Part shown: positions 22,001-31,262 of the stretch, in pieces | Layout: each line of letters begins with the position of its first letter | Numbering within the stretch: position 1 is the stretch's first letter | NCBI GenBank assembly: GCA_963674825.1 | Contig: OY771587.1 | Coordinates: 1,408,001-1,472,000, forward strand | Length of the DNA: 64,000 bases | DNA from: Candidatus Cloacimonadales bacterium | Lineage (GTDB): Bacteria; Cloacimonadota; Cloacimonadia; Cloacimonadales; JAIOQZ01 | Direction: 5' to 3' | The notes under the pieces: model-generated | Seen by the model: the letters and a program-made list of their open reading frames with translations, nothing else | Database searches by the model: none | What the model was told of the DNA's origin: nothing | Program-made: the position numbers and the translations under genes

Positions 22001-23693
22001 AACCTTCCGTAACTATCGCTTACCTGGCCCTCTCGGCCCTACCAACATGATCGCGCCATTCTGGGACGACCTCGCATTGGGTACATCCAGCGATGTCCTG
22101 ACGTATTACAATTCGACGGAGCACTACTACGTCGTCGAGTGGTCTCATATGTCGAATCGCTACAACGGTGCAACAGAAACCTTCCAAGCGATTCTTTACG
22201 ACGCGAGCTTCCATAACACGCCAACAGGGGATTCTCCCATAAAATTCCAGTACAACGTATTCAATAACGTCGATCAAGGTGGATCCCATACACACGGCGA
22301 ATATTGCACCATCGGTATCGAGAATGGCGATGAAACGATCGGCCTGGAATATACCTTCAACAATGAATATCCCGATGCCTGTCATACCCTCTCGAATGGC
22401 ATGGCGCTATATATCACCACCGGACAGGGTGAAATCCAGGGACCACCTTCCGCTAGCGTATATCCGAGCCAGATCGATCTCTATGTGATGCCTGGTGAAA
22501 CCACGGAAAATCAGATATCCATCAGCAACACCGGTGAAGCAGATCTCTTTTACAGCATTTATGCGAACTATCTGGAATCCCGTGACTACGGCGAAGACGG
22601 AACTTTCGGCTACGAATGGATCGACAGCTCCGAACCGGCTGGACCTGTGTACGACTGGGTCGATATATCAGATGTCGGAACCGAGATCAATTTCACGGGC
22701 GACGATGTAATGTCATCATCGGTCAGTATCGGGTTCGATTTCCCCTTCTACGAATCCACGTACAGCAGCGTTCAGGTTTGCTCGAATGGATTCCTCTCGT
22801 TCGACGGATCCGGCGCTTCGCAGTGGACCAACATCTCGATTCCAACTACGGATAATCCAAATAACTTCATCGCGCCTTTCTACGACGACCTCAGTCCGCA
22901 AAACAGCGGAAACACATATTACTACCATGACTCCGCTCTTGGCAGGTTCATCGTTTCGTTCGAGATGGTGCCACATTACGGAAGTACGTATCCCGGAACC
23001 TATTCGTTCCAGGCAATCCTGTACGAGAATGGAACAATTATCTTCCAATACGACTATCTGCAAGGGACCATCACTTCGGCGACAATCGGAATCGAAAATG
23101 CTAATGGCACCGACGGCCTCCTGATCGCTTTCAATGAATCCTATGCAGAAGAAGGACTCGCGATCAAGATATCCACAGGCCTCTCCTGGCTAGAAGTAAG
23201 CCCGGAAAGTGGGCTGGTTGAACAAGACGGTAGCCAGACAATTTCGCTTACCGCAAACGCCGAAGACCTCGAACTGGGAACCTATGAGTGCGAGCTATTG
23301 ATTACCACGAACGATCCTGCTCACAATCCCATCATCGTACCGGTGACACTGCATGTTGTAACAGCTTATGCGGATCCTTCCGCAGTAACCGGGCTGTCCA
23401 TCAACTCAACACCTGGTATTTGCAATCTCTCTTGGGAGCCTGTTACAACCGACATCAATGGTTCGCCAATCACTGTCAGCTACTACAACATCTACCGTAG
23501 CGATATCGGGGTTGAGCCGGCTGTCGATGGCGCATTCTTCCTCGCATCGACATCAAACACAAGCTATGCCGACGCCATGACCGGTGCAGCAGGCTATCGC
23601 TATATCGTTACCGCTGTCCTGGACGATGGACGGGAAACGCGTGCGATTCGTTCCGCAAAGAAGGAAATCAACGAACAAAAAGGCCGAGAATAA
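19059..23693 (+). CDS. Gingipain-like C25 family protein (propeptide, C25, Ig-like, two NIDO-like domains, FN3-like tail)
   Basis: Signal peptide; GKPQLP propeptide; IKAYIQNAYDNW..PDYVVMVGD, DHPY, IGRLS, ITC, NLMGDP. AAGGAG RBS before ATG 19059. Confidence 0.88.
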   Translation: MRTPIIILLFLLISSLFAVGQNGMTCIQSDPSGLEIDFAIPQWDLRDSPDGDGLLIQSSNVAWIADEGKPQLPIFSTSVAIPDQGTFSYEVEILEEEIVNDVQIAPWHEPSSDAASSQDTSIYGQDTFYPSSIVQMSDPAIMRDYRIASISVTPFHYNDAMKQLRIIRSFRLHVTFNSDRSGINEITNRSRNASKSFTSLYANALLNYEQVAMRTMDDPPCILYIYYNNATIASYIALLANWKHQVGYEVHMATTAQTGTTNSSIKAYIQNAYDNWENPPDYVVMVGDATGTYGLPTWYQSWESYNAEGDHPYTLLAGDDQVEDICIGRLSFSSLDELLVIISKNGTYESSPYTDDTDWYDQVLLVGDTSPSGISCISTNNYVKERMLDYSPDYTFTELYGSSPSPQSMNNAIDAGVSYFNYRGYLYMSDWDHDNYVFELTNYHMLPVCVIITCGTGSFASETSATEQLLRLGTTTNPRGGVCAIGSATWGTHTAYNNALDASIFSGLFNHDLRTIGEAMQFGKFSLWEIYNNSQFETMRFFLHNNNLMGDPTLQVWKTVPQTLNAAYSSSIAPGTDQIQIRVTQESGSALSNAWVTILKDSDTVFATGYTDNNGYVYLPVETTSTGNVTVTVTKAGYKPHQGTFTIASQTHSVTVDGTIIDDDNTGTSSGNGNGIVNAGETIELKVNLRNNGSSSLNNVIATLTTSSSMVESISDNYETWGTIASGAVGTCADDFDFTVEADCPDGYEIPFVLSVQSGLVNWRKELTIQVSASNLYVGDITIDDEGGNGNLDPTETGDIYLELVNSGSVSLTNVNATVSVVQGGLSFSTSTTSFGTVSAGGSATNTVPLVATATEDVIPGTQFSIKLALTADGGYVNSISFPLTVGTVSSSDPLGPDAYGYYIYDSDDTIYSLVPVYDWIEIDPSYGGSGTSLGLTDTGNNADDVTTVNIPINFVYYGEHYSSISVCSNGWISCGATEQITFRNYRLPGPLGPTNMIAPFWDDLALGTSSDVLTYYNSTEHYYVVEWSHMSNRYNGATETFQAILYDASFHNTPTGDSPIKFQYNVFNNVDQGGSHTHGEYCTIGIENGDETIGLEYTFNNEYPDACHTLSNGMALYITTGQGEIQGPPSASVYPSQIDLYVMPGETTENQISISNTGEADLFYSIYANYLESRDYGEDGTFGYEWIDSSEPAGPVYDWVDISDVGTEINFTGDDVMSSSVSIGFDFPFYESTYSSVQVCSNGFLSFDGSGASQWTNISIPTTDNPNNFIAPFYDDLSPQNSGNTYYYHDSALGRFIVSFEMVPHYGSTYPGTYSFQAILYENGTIIFQYDYLQGTITSATIGIENANGTDGLLIAFNESYAEEGLAIKISTGLSWLEVSPESGLVEQDGSQTISLTANAEDLELGTYECELLITTNDPAHNPIIVPVTLHVVTAYADPSAVTGLSINSTPGICNLSWEPVTTDINGSPITVSYYNIYRSDIGVEPAVDGAFFLASTSNTSYADAMTGAAGYRYIVTAVLDDGRETRAIRSAKKEINEQKGRE

Positions 23694-23706
23694 GTAAAAA
23701 AAAGAC

Positions 23707-23747
23707 AAAAGACGGTAGAGGCGTTACCGCCTCTACCGTCTTTCTTT
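23707..23747. terminator. Bidirectional intrinsic terminator
   Basis: 13-bp stem GACGGTAGAGGCG/CGCCTCTACCGTC flanked by A and T tracts, between convergent genes. Confidence 0.85.
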
Positions 23748-23764
23748 GCTATTGGATGGCCATA

Positions 23765-25177
23765 TTAGAAATACTCATATGTCCAGACTGCTTTTTTGTA
23801 GAGCTTACCATTCTTCTTTAAAAGCACTTGCTTGTTCAACCCATTCTCATAGTAATCATACAAGTACTCATCGATATTTTTTTCCCTTATATCCGTGAAA
23901 TCTCGTGTTACAACGCGAGATTTCAATTGACCTGATTCATCGTATTGGAAAGACATTTCGCAGGGTTTGCGGTAGAATTCCCCATCGCCTGTATTGAAAT
24001 CAGATACACTAGAGTATGGCCCCAAAGCTTGAAATTTTGAAATAAGCCCTTCATCATTGTAAGCATACTGAAGAGTAAGTATTATAGTACCTTCTTCGTT
24101 GATTTTTTCCATACTAGAAATGTCACCATCACTATTGTAGGTGAAAATCTCTTTTGATACAACCGAACCGAGCAAATCAACATTTGCGAGATTATCTATT
24201 TTCGAATTCGTAACCCTTGGGGCCTTAGAAGCTAAATCATTGAGCCAGAACTCCCACTCTGCAACCCACCATTCAATCATTTTTTCCTTTGGTTCGCCAC
24301 GTTTCCCCGCAATCTCCAGTTTTCCGTCCATCATGCAATAAACAGTTGAGTCGCTTATCTCTGGCTTATACGTAATCCTCTCCGCAACATGCCCATCACT
24401 ATATTTGCTTATAATACGTTCTCTTCTTTCCGGACTTATCAATTCTTCGAAGACTATGTTTCCCTTGATGAAACTCAGAACAATTATCTGATTCTCATCC
24501 ATATCCACGGATAAACTGAATAGAGCATCCTTATTAGCGTCATTATAGTAGAACCGACAAATCGAGGCAGTTGTATCATCCATTTCGAACACCTTAGAGA
24601 ATTCAGGTAACAATATCTGAGTCAGCTCATTCATTGTTTTATTGTACTTTCTTGTACCCTTGGGAACGCTATTCCCTTTTGCCAATGACACCTCTTCAAG
24701 CAGATTGCCTGCATCATTATATCGATATTTGTTTTCCCGTGCAAATTCTTCTGTTCCAGATGGTTTGTGAACAAAGATATCCCGTCCAATCATCAAGGTA
24801 TCGTCAAAACTATCTCGGTACGAGTATGTTCCATACAATCCATTCATAGGACTAATCAAACGTTTGAGCTCACTATAGGTACGGTTTCCCTGTACATCAA
24901 AATCTTCATGCTGATATGTTTGAATATTGCTTATGCTAAACATATCGAAATAATATACAGAGTCCCTACGTTCTATCGATTTTATACCTAACCTAGCGGT
25001 TTCAAGCCTGCTGGGTGCATTTGTATCGTATTGATGTAAATTTGCAAACGTAATCGTAAAATTTGCAGGAAGCTGGGCAAGGATAACGGACTCTCTCATC
25101 CCAGCGCAACTAACAAGCAAGAGAATAAACGTGAAAAGAAATCCATAAGTCCCGAAGGAGTTATTCTTTAACTGCAT
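23765..25177 (-). CDS. Hypothetical lipoprotein with YD-like (YxYxxxG) repeats
   Basis: Lipobox-like LLVSC; YRYNDAGN, FTYNSDGD, YAYNDEGL, FQYDESGQ, YDYYENGL. Visibly AT-rich. Confidence 0.7.
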   Translation of the reverse strand: MQLKNNSFGTYGFLFTFILLLVSCAGMRESVILAQLPANFTITFANLHQYDTNAPSRLETARLGIKSIERRDSVYYFDMFSISNIQTYQHEDFDVQGNRTYSELKRLISPMNGLYGTYSYRDSFDDTLMIGRDIFVHKPSGTEEFARENKYRYNDAGNLLEEVSLAKGNSVPKGTRKYNKTMNELTQILLPEFSKVFEMDDTTASICRFYYNDANKDALFSLSVDMDENQIIVLSFIKGNIVFEELISPERRERIISKYSDGHVAERITYKPEISDSTVYCMMDGKLEIAGKRGEPKEKMIEWWVAEWEFWLNDLASKAPRVTNSKIDNLANVDLLGSVVSKEIFTYNSDGDISSMEKINEEGTIILTLQYAYNDEGLISKFQALGPYSSVSDFNTGDGEFYRKPCEMSFQYDESGQLKSRVVTRDFTDIREKNIDEYLYDYYENGLNKQVLLKKNGKLYKKAVWTYEYF

Positions 25178-25412
25178 GATACCTCCAATAATGAAAACAT
25201 TTCTTCACGATGGCATTAAACATGAGTAAATTTAAATGTCAATTTTATTTATGGGCTATAGATCGTATTTAGAATTTGCAGTCTTACTTTTTTATATAAA
25301 ACATCAACTCTAAGCGTTTCAAGGATTAACTCGGGCATATTCTTATTTTTTTTAGCAACATCCGGTATCTCCGGGATCGTTTCTTTCAATCGTTTACCGA
25401 AAGAGGGACAGT

Positions 25413-28373
25413 TTATTTCAACAACAGCATTTTGCGGACACCGACCGTATTGCCATCCACTTTCATCCTGTAGAAATAGACACCCGAAGCTACATCATTC
25501 CCCGTATCGGAACATCCGTCCCAAACAACTTTGTGATGCCCTTGCGGGATGGTTTCCGAAAGCAGCTTCTTCACTCTCTGACCGCGCACATTGTAGATGC
25601 AGATTTCCACATCCGATTTCGTCGCGAGCGAATACTCGATGGTTGTCTGAGGATTGAATGGGTTGGGCGAATTGCCAATCAGCCTGAATGGGCATGGTGC
25701 GGCAGAATCGTTATCATTATCCACAACTTCGAGATCGAAGAGCTGCGCATATACATCGTAATACGGGTAATAGGTGAATCCCATCTCTTCGCACCCCTGA
25801 CGCGAATCCAACCAGGTTAGATAGAAACGATTGCCTCCTGCCGGGACAATATTCAGCGAAGATGCGATATAGTCCATATCGCAAATAACCATCGGCTCAT
25901 CCCACAGCGTCCCATCGTAGTTCAGGTGCTGGAGATACAGATCGTCATCAGGAAAGAAGCCCTCATTATCCGGGGTGTAAAGCCGATAGCCAATCAGAAA
26001 TCCAACGCTGGTCTGGGCAAACCTCAGGTCGGACCAGGAGATGTCGGCTGAAATGATCGTCAGCGGTTCATCCCAGAAGGGATTGCACGCCAGATCGTAT
26101 TTCTGCATGTACAGCGTCGTGGGGACTTCCGAGGTTGATTCCTTCCAGATGAAATACAGGTATCCATCCACATAATACATGTTCAAATAGGAAAGGTAAG
26201 AGCCCGTACCGGGCACAAGGTAGCCGTAATCCCATTCCGTGCTGCTGTCGTTGTGCACAATTTGGATTCGTAATGAATACGAGGGCATGGAGTAATCCTC
26301 CCATGCAAGCACCAGATCGCCGTTGAGCCTCATGCTATTTATTGAATACTTGTTTTTCCCGTTCGTCTCTGCGATGAGATTGCCGCCTTCGGCCCAGCCA
26401 TTGGTCATATTGCCGTCCGGATCAAGCTTGGTGGCATAGAGGTCTGTCCGGTTGCATACCCAGATCAGGTATCCCTCGCGGTATGCATTCACCCCCAATG
26501 AATCGGGGGAATCCGACACGATAAGCGATGGTTCATCCCATGCAAACTGCCCGTTCACAATCTTCTGAACCTTCAGCGAATTGGTGGTTCCCGTCTCTTC
26601 CACCCATGTGGTGATGAGCCCATCTCCCACGGGTTGCAGCTTGCATTGCTCGTAGTAAAACGACCCATCGGAGGTAAGCTCCTGCTCCTACACGATCGAT
26701 CCGTTGTCATCAATTGCGCAGAAATGCAGTTCCGAAGGGTATACGGTATCTTTCCAGCACAGTGCCGTTGTTCCGTCCTCGAGGCAACAGCTTCCAATCA
26801 CAAATACGTTAGGACCCACATCGCTGAAGAGCTGCATGCTTTCATCGAAAGAGGCGACACCATTCTCGTCGAGCATCTGAAAGAATGAGCCCAAGCCTTC
26901 GTCGTAAAACACACCAGCGTAATCGTACCACAGCACCTTCAGACGATTGTCGACCGAACCGGCTTGCAGGTGCCGGCTGTAGCCTTCATGACCTTGAATA
27001 AGTACTGTTCCGGCAGTGTCATAAAGGGTCGCACCATCATACGTTTGAACCTGCTGATACACGCTTTGTTGCTGCTCACTGTAACCGGTTCCCATATAAA
27101 TAATTGCATCCGGAGTACAATGCCTGGTAACATATAAGTAAAGCGGTGAGTTTTCCAGAATAACCTCGCCACCCTCAGACCAAAGCGATTCTCCATCGGT
27201 GTTGTATAGCTGAGTCTTGGTAAAAGTATCTCTCGTGAGCAACTGATTCCAGAGCACCAGGATATCATCGTCCGGCGTCACATCGAGCATCATATCATAG
27301 ATCGACATCATACCCGTTTCAACCTCGAGGCCTTCATCTCCCCACAAAAACTGGTCGTCTGGCGATATCTTATGAACGCATATCCTCGCTTCACGCCAAA
27401 TCCCCTGGCACCACATCACGTAGACATTCCCTTCCGCATCGTATGCTTTTTGATGATCGGCGACATCACCAAGATAATCACCGATTTCCACCGGCGAGTC
27501 AAGGATCAGCGCTCCGTCCATATCGAGGCGAGTGTAACACATCTGATTGTTCGCCGCGAAACTGCGCCCAAAGAGAACCACTACGCTTTCGCTATCCGGA
27601 TGAACAACCGTGGGCGAGATATACTGGTGCCATTCGTCGAGCCATGTTAACCATGCAACGCTCCCATCCGGTAACACGCGAGCGCACTGCAACTCCCGGG
27701 TATTGGTATCCAGAAGCCAGTTCTCACCGATCACGAGGATTCCACCCTCCCCATCACTGCAAACATTGGAATCGCAAAAAGCATTCGTGCCGGGCATGAC
27801 AACGATCCCGTCGTCACCCCACTGATTGCCCCCGGCATCAACATGGTTCACACGGATATCCCAATCATCCCGATCATCGAGCCATACGATATACGCTCCA
27901 CCATCAGGGTCGGCCTGAATCGCGACATTATAGAGAACTACTGCGTAGCTTTCACAGACGGTTATAAAATCATCCCATATTGCATTTCCATCGGCATCGT
28001 ATTTCATGCACTGCAAATCGGGATAGTAATTATCGGATGCGCTACACACAACAATGAAACCACCATCGGATGTTGCTCCTACATAAGGAGTCGCGTAGTA
28101 TCCCAAAGATGGAAATACCTGAACCGGTGAATCCCAGATTGCCTCACCCATGCTGTTATAGCGTTGCGCAAGAATGCCCATTCCGTTTTCCGTAGTTCCT
28201 TCCCATATCGCAATTACACTTCCGTCGGTAAGCAGGTCGCTACTCCCAAACCACCTTACGCGGCTGGACTTTTTTATTGGAATACCATTATCTTGCCATA
28301 GCATAGCTTGCGCGAACGAGATCGTGATGGTGATAAGAAGAATTGCCGTGAGTATCAGTCTCTTCAGATCCAT
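25413..28373 (-). pseudogene. Secreted beta-propeller protein with FlgD/T9SS-type CTD, interrupted by one in-frame TAG
   Basis: ORFs 26688..28373 and 25413..26630 are in frame: ...DDNGSIV*EQELTSDGSFYYEQCKLQPVGDG..., TAG at 26688-26690. Signal peptide at the N-terminus; NSPNPFNP...IYNVRGQRV...WDG...SGVYFY...KMLLLK at the C-terminus. Confidence 0.78.
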
Positions 28374-28575
28374 AAACCCTCCCAAGGATCATTGTTTACC
28401 GGATGAAACACAACTTCAATCGACACACTTATTAACAACAATGATTATTGGGTTATGTCAAGATAATTATTGCTCAGGCAGAAGGATCGCTTTCTGGAAA
28501 TAACGCACTCGAAAGAAATCGATTGACGAATCATACGGTAACCATGAATCATACGAATCAAACACTGGAGGAACG

Positions 28576-29139
28576 ATGGAAGCATCATTCTACAGCAGGG
28601 ACGAACTGGCGAAGCTGGGATTGAAATCGTATGGCGAGAACGTCCTGATATCGCGTTTTGCCAGACTCTACAACCCGGAGTTGCTCTCGATCGGCAACCA
28701 TGTTCGCATCGACGATTTCTGCATCCTGGGCGGAACCATCACACTGGGCAGTTATATCCACATAGCACCGTACTGCCTCTTGCAGGGCAAAGCCGGCATC
28801 ACGATGGAGGACTTCTCCGGGCTCTCCTCGCGCTGCTCGCTCTATACCGAGTCCGAAGACTACGTGCTGGGGACCTCGCTCACCAATCCCATGGTACCGC
28901 GGGAATTCCGTAACGTCGAGCATGCCCCCATCGTTGTAAAGAAGCACGCGCTTCTCGGCGTGGGAACGGTCATCCTGCCGGGATCGGTCATCGAAACCGG
29001 ATGCACCTTCGGCGCTCAATCGCTGCTTCAAGGCAAAACGGAACCCTGGACCGTCTATCGAGGCAACCCGGTAATGGCTGTCTGTCTCCGGCGCAGCAAA
29101 CGAATCCTTGAACTCGAAAAAGAACTTGAAAAGGTATAA
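28576..29139 (+). CDS. Left-handed beta-helix sugar N-acyltransferase (AntD/VioB-like)
   Basis: FYSRDEL..LG..YGENVLIS..A.LYNP...IGNHVRIDDFCIL, hexapeptide repeats, WTVYRGNP...R.KRILELE. Recalled resemblance to Bacillus AntD. Confidence 0.8.
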   Translation: MEASFYSRDELAKLGLKSYGENVLISRFARLYNPELLSIGNHVRIDDFCILGGTITLGSYIHIAPYCLLQGKAGITMEDFSGLSSRCSLYTESEDYVLGTSLTNPMVPREFRNVEHAPIVVKKHALLGVGTVILPGSVIETGCTFGAQSLLQGKTEPWTVYRGNPVMAVCLRRSKRILELEKELEKV

Positions 29140-29140
29140 C

Positions 29141-29365
29141 ATGAACGAACGCTTACTGACATGCGTCAACACCGTGCGCGAGAACAAAGGCCTCGCCCCG
29201 ATGGAAACCCTTGATCGTAACATGAATCTGCGCACCGATGTTGGGCTCGATTCGCTCGACCTGGCGGAACTCACCGTGCGCATCGAAAACGAATTCGGCA
29301 TCGATGTGTTCGAGGACTCGCTAGTCGCAACCATCGGCGAAATCCTCGATAAACTGGAGTCATGA
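29141..29365 (+). CDS. Acyl carrier protein
   Basis: 74 aa, acidic, DVGLDSLDLAEL phosphopantetheine motif, IENEFGI. Confidence 0.9.
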   Translation: MNERLLTCVNTVRENKGLAPMETLDRNMNLRTDVGLDSLDLAELTVRIENEFGIDVFEDSLVATIGEILDKLES

Positions 29366-30543
29366 ACCAGCTTTTTTTACGCACAATCGACCGCCGCATC
29401 ACCTACGGCGAGCTGTTTGAAGATATCAACCGCAACCCGGTGTGGTCGGACGAAGACCTCTATGCGATCTTCCGCACGATCCTGATCTCGCTTCTGGCGG
29501 ACAAACCTGTCATTCTGCCCGATGAATCGCAGCACGATCGCTCATCAATTCCGCAGCAGTACAACTTTCCGCCGATCGAATCGATGGACGACTTCCTGCG
29601 TCGCATCCGATCCGCGTTGAACTGGCGTATCGAGCTTTTCACATCCGGCACAACCGGCATCCCGAAGCGGATTTCACATCGGCTCGAGACGTTGATTCGA
29701 ACCGCATCAATAAACGAGCGACACCGAGACGATATATGGGGATTCGCATACAGCGCACGACATATCGCGGGTTTGCAAGTGTTCTTTCAGGCAGTGCTGA
29801 ACGGCAATCCGTTGGTCGAGCTCTTCATGCTTCCACGTGAGAAAATCCTTGATCGTATTGAAACGGATGGCATCACCCACATCTCCGCGACCCCAACTTT
29901 CTACCGTATGTTATTGCCTTGCGACCAGGCATTTCCCAATGTCAGGCGCATTACCTTCGGGGGTGAAAAGCTGGACGACGGACTATTGGGAGCGCTCGAA
30001 AAGGTTTTTCCCAATGCGAAGTTCACCAATATCTACGCTTCCACCGAGGCAGGGACATTGCTGAATGCGGAAGGAAGCTGGTTCCGGGTAAGGCCGGAGC
30101 TCAGCGGGAAAATTCGTATCGAAGGCAAAGAACTTCTGATACATCGCTGTTTGATGGGGGATTCAGATGCGATCGAGCTGGATGGCAACTGGTATCGGAG
30201 CGGTGATATCGTGGAGATCGACCCGAACGACCCGGAACGATTCCGGTTTAGACACCGCAACAATGAGATGATCAATGTGGGCGGATTCAAGGTCAATCCG
30301 CACGATGTGGAAGATGCGCTCAGAAAGCATCCGGCAGTGCGCAACGCGCAGGTTTACGGCAAGCAGAACCGCATCACCGGGAATATCTTATGTTGCCGGA
30401 TCGAGGCTTTCCAGCCACACCCAACCGTACGCGATATCCGGGCTTTTCTTGAAAAATCATTGCCTGATTTCAGCATACCGCGTATGATCGAATTCACCGA
30501 TAATCTTGAAACTACCGTAACTGGTAAATTGAGGCGAACATGA
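29362..30543 (+). CDS. AMP-binding acyl-CoA/acyl-ACP ligase (short ANL family)
   Basis: FTSGTTGIPK, FGGE, YASTE, YRSGD, INVGGFKVNPHDVE, TGKL. ATGA-coupled to both neighbours. Confidence 0.88.
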   Translation: MNQLFLRTIDRRITYGELFEDINRNPVWSDEDLYAIFRTILISLLADKPVILPDESQHDRSSIPQQYNFPPIESMDDFLRRIRSALNWRIELFTSGTTGIPKRISHRLETLIRTASINERHRDDIWGFAYSARHIAGLQVFFQAVLNGNPLVELFMLPREKILDRIETDGITHISATPTFYRMLLPCDQAFPNVRRITFGGEKLDDGLLGALEKVFPNAKFTNIYASTEAGTLLNAEGSWFRVRPELSGKIRIEGKELLIHRCLMGDSDAIELDGNWYRSGDIVEIDPNDPERFRFRHRNNEMINVGGFKVNPHDVEDALRKHPAVRNAQVYGKQNRITGNILCCRIEAFQPHPTVRDIRAFLEKSLPDFSIPRMIEFTDNLETTVTGKLRRT

Positions 30544-31262
30544 AAAGCATCCTTCTGACCGGTATTTCTCGCGGACTCGGGCTCGAGACCGCTCGTTACC
30601 TGCTGGAGAACGGCTACCGTGTGTACGGAATTAGTCGCTCCATTCCGGACGATCTGGAAGCCCTGCGCAAGGTGCATCCCGAAAACCTGAAGCTGTTCCG
30701 GTTCGACCTCCTGCACGCGGAAGAATCGAAGGACATCTTCGAGAAGTTCATCGATCTGGAAACGCCGATCCACGGGCTGGTCAACAACGCAGCCATGGCC
30801 TACGACGATATCGTGACCAACCTCAGAATGGAGCCCCTGGAAAAGATGTTTCGCGTTAACGTATACGCACCGATGTTCCTAACGCGCCACGCGATCCGCA
30901 ATATGCTGTTTCACCGTGTCGCCGGCAGCATCGTGCATATCTCGTCCATCAGCGTCCATACCGGTTACAAGGGACTGGCCATGTATGCATCCACCAAGGG
31001 AGCGCTGGAGGCTTTCTCCAAGAATACCGCCCGGGAATGGGGCAGCCGTGGAATACGCTCCAATTGCGTTGTCGCAGGATTCATGGAAACAGAGATGAAC
31101 CGTGAATTGGGTGAAGAGACACGAGCGAAAATTTACCGCCGTACTGCATTGCAGAGAGAGACCAGCAAAGAATCTGTCGCCGCAATGGTAGAATTTCTGC
31201 TTTCCGACCGTTCCAGCTCGGTGACCGGCCAGAACTTGCATGTCGATTCGGGAACGATTTAG
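30540..31262 (+). CDS. SDR oxidoreductase (FabG-like ketoacyl reductase)
   Basis: TGISRGLG, NNAA, ISS, YASTK, GFMETEM, VTGQNLHVDSG. Confidence 0.88.
   Translation: MKSILLTGISRGLGLETARYLLENGYRVYGISRSIPDDLEALRKVHPENLKLFRFDLLHAEESKDIFEKFIDLETPIHGLVNNAAMAYDDIVTNLRMEPLEKMFRVNVYAPMFLTRHAIRNMLFHRVAGSIVHISSISVHTGYKGLAMYASTKGALEAFSKNTAREWGSRGIRSNCVVAGFMETEMNRELGEETRAKIYRRTALQRETSKESVAAMVEFLLSDRSSSVTGQNLHVDSGTI

Noticed and set aside
12882..26690. Genome-wide stop-codon reassignment as the explanation for the two in-frame stops
   Set aside because: The two stops differ (TAA, TAG), and both codons end ordinary genes here (TAG: TPR gene, polA, GH13; TAA: purL, degP).
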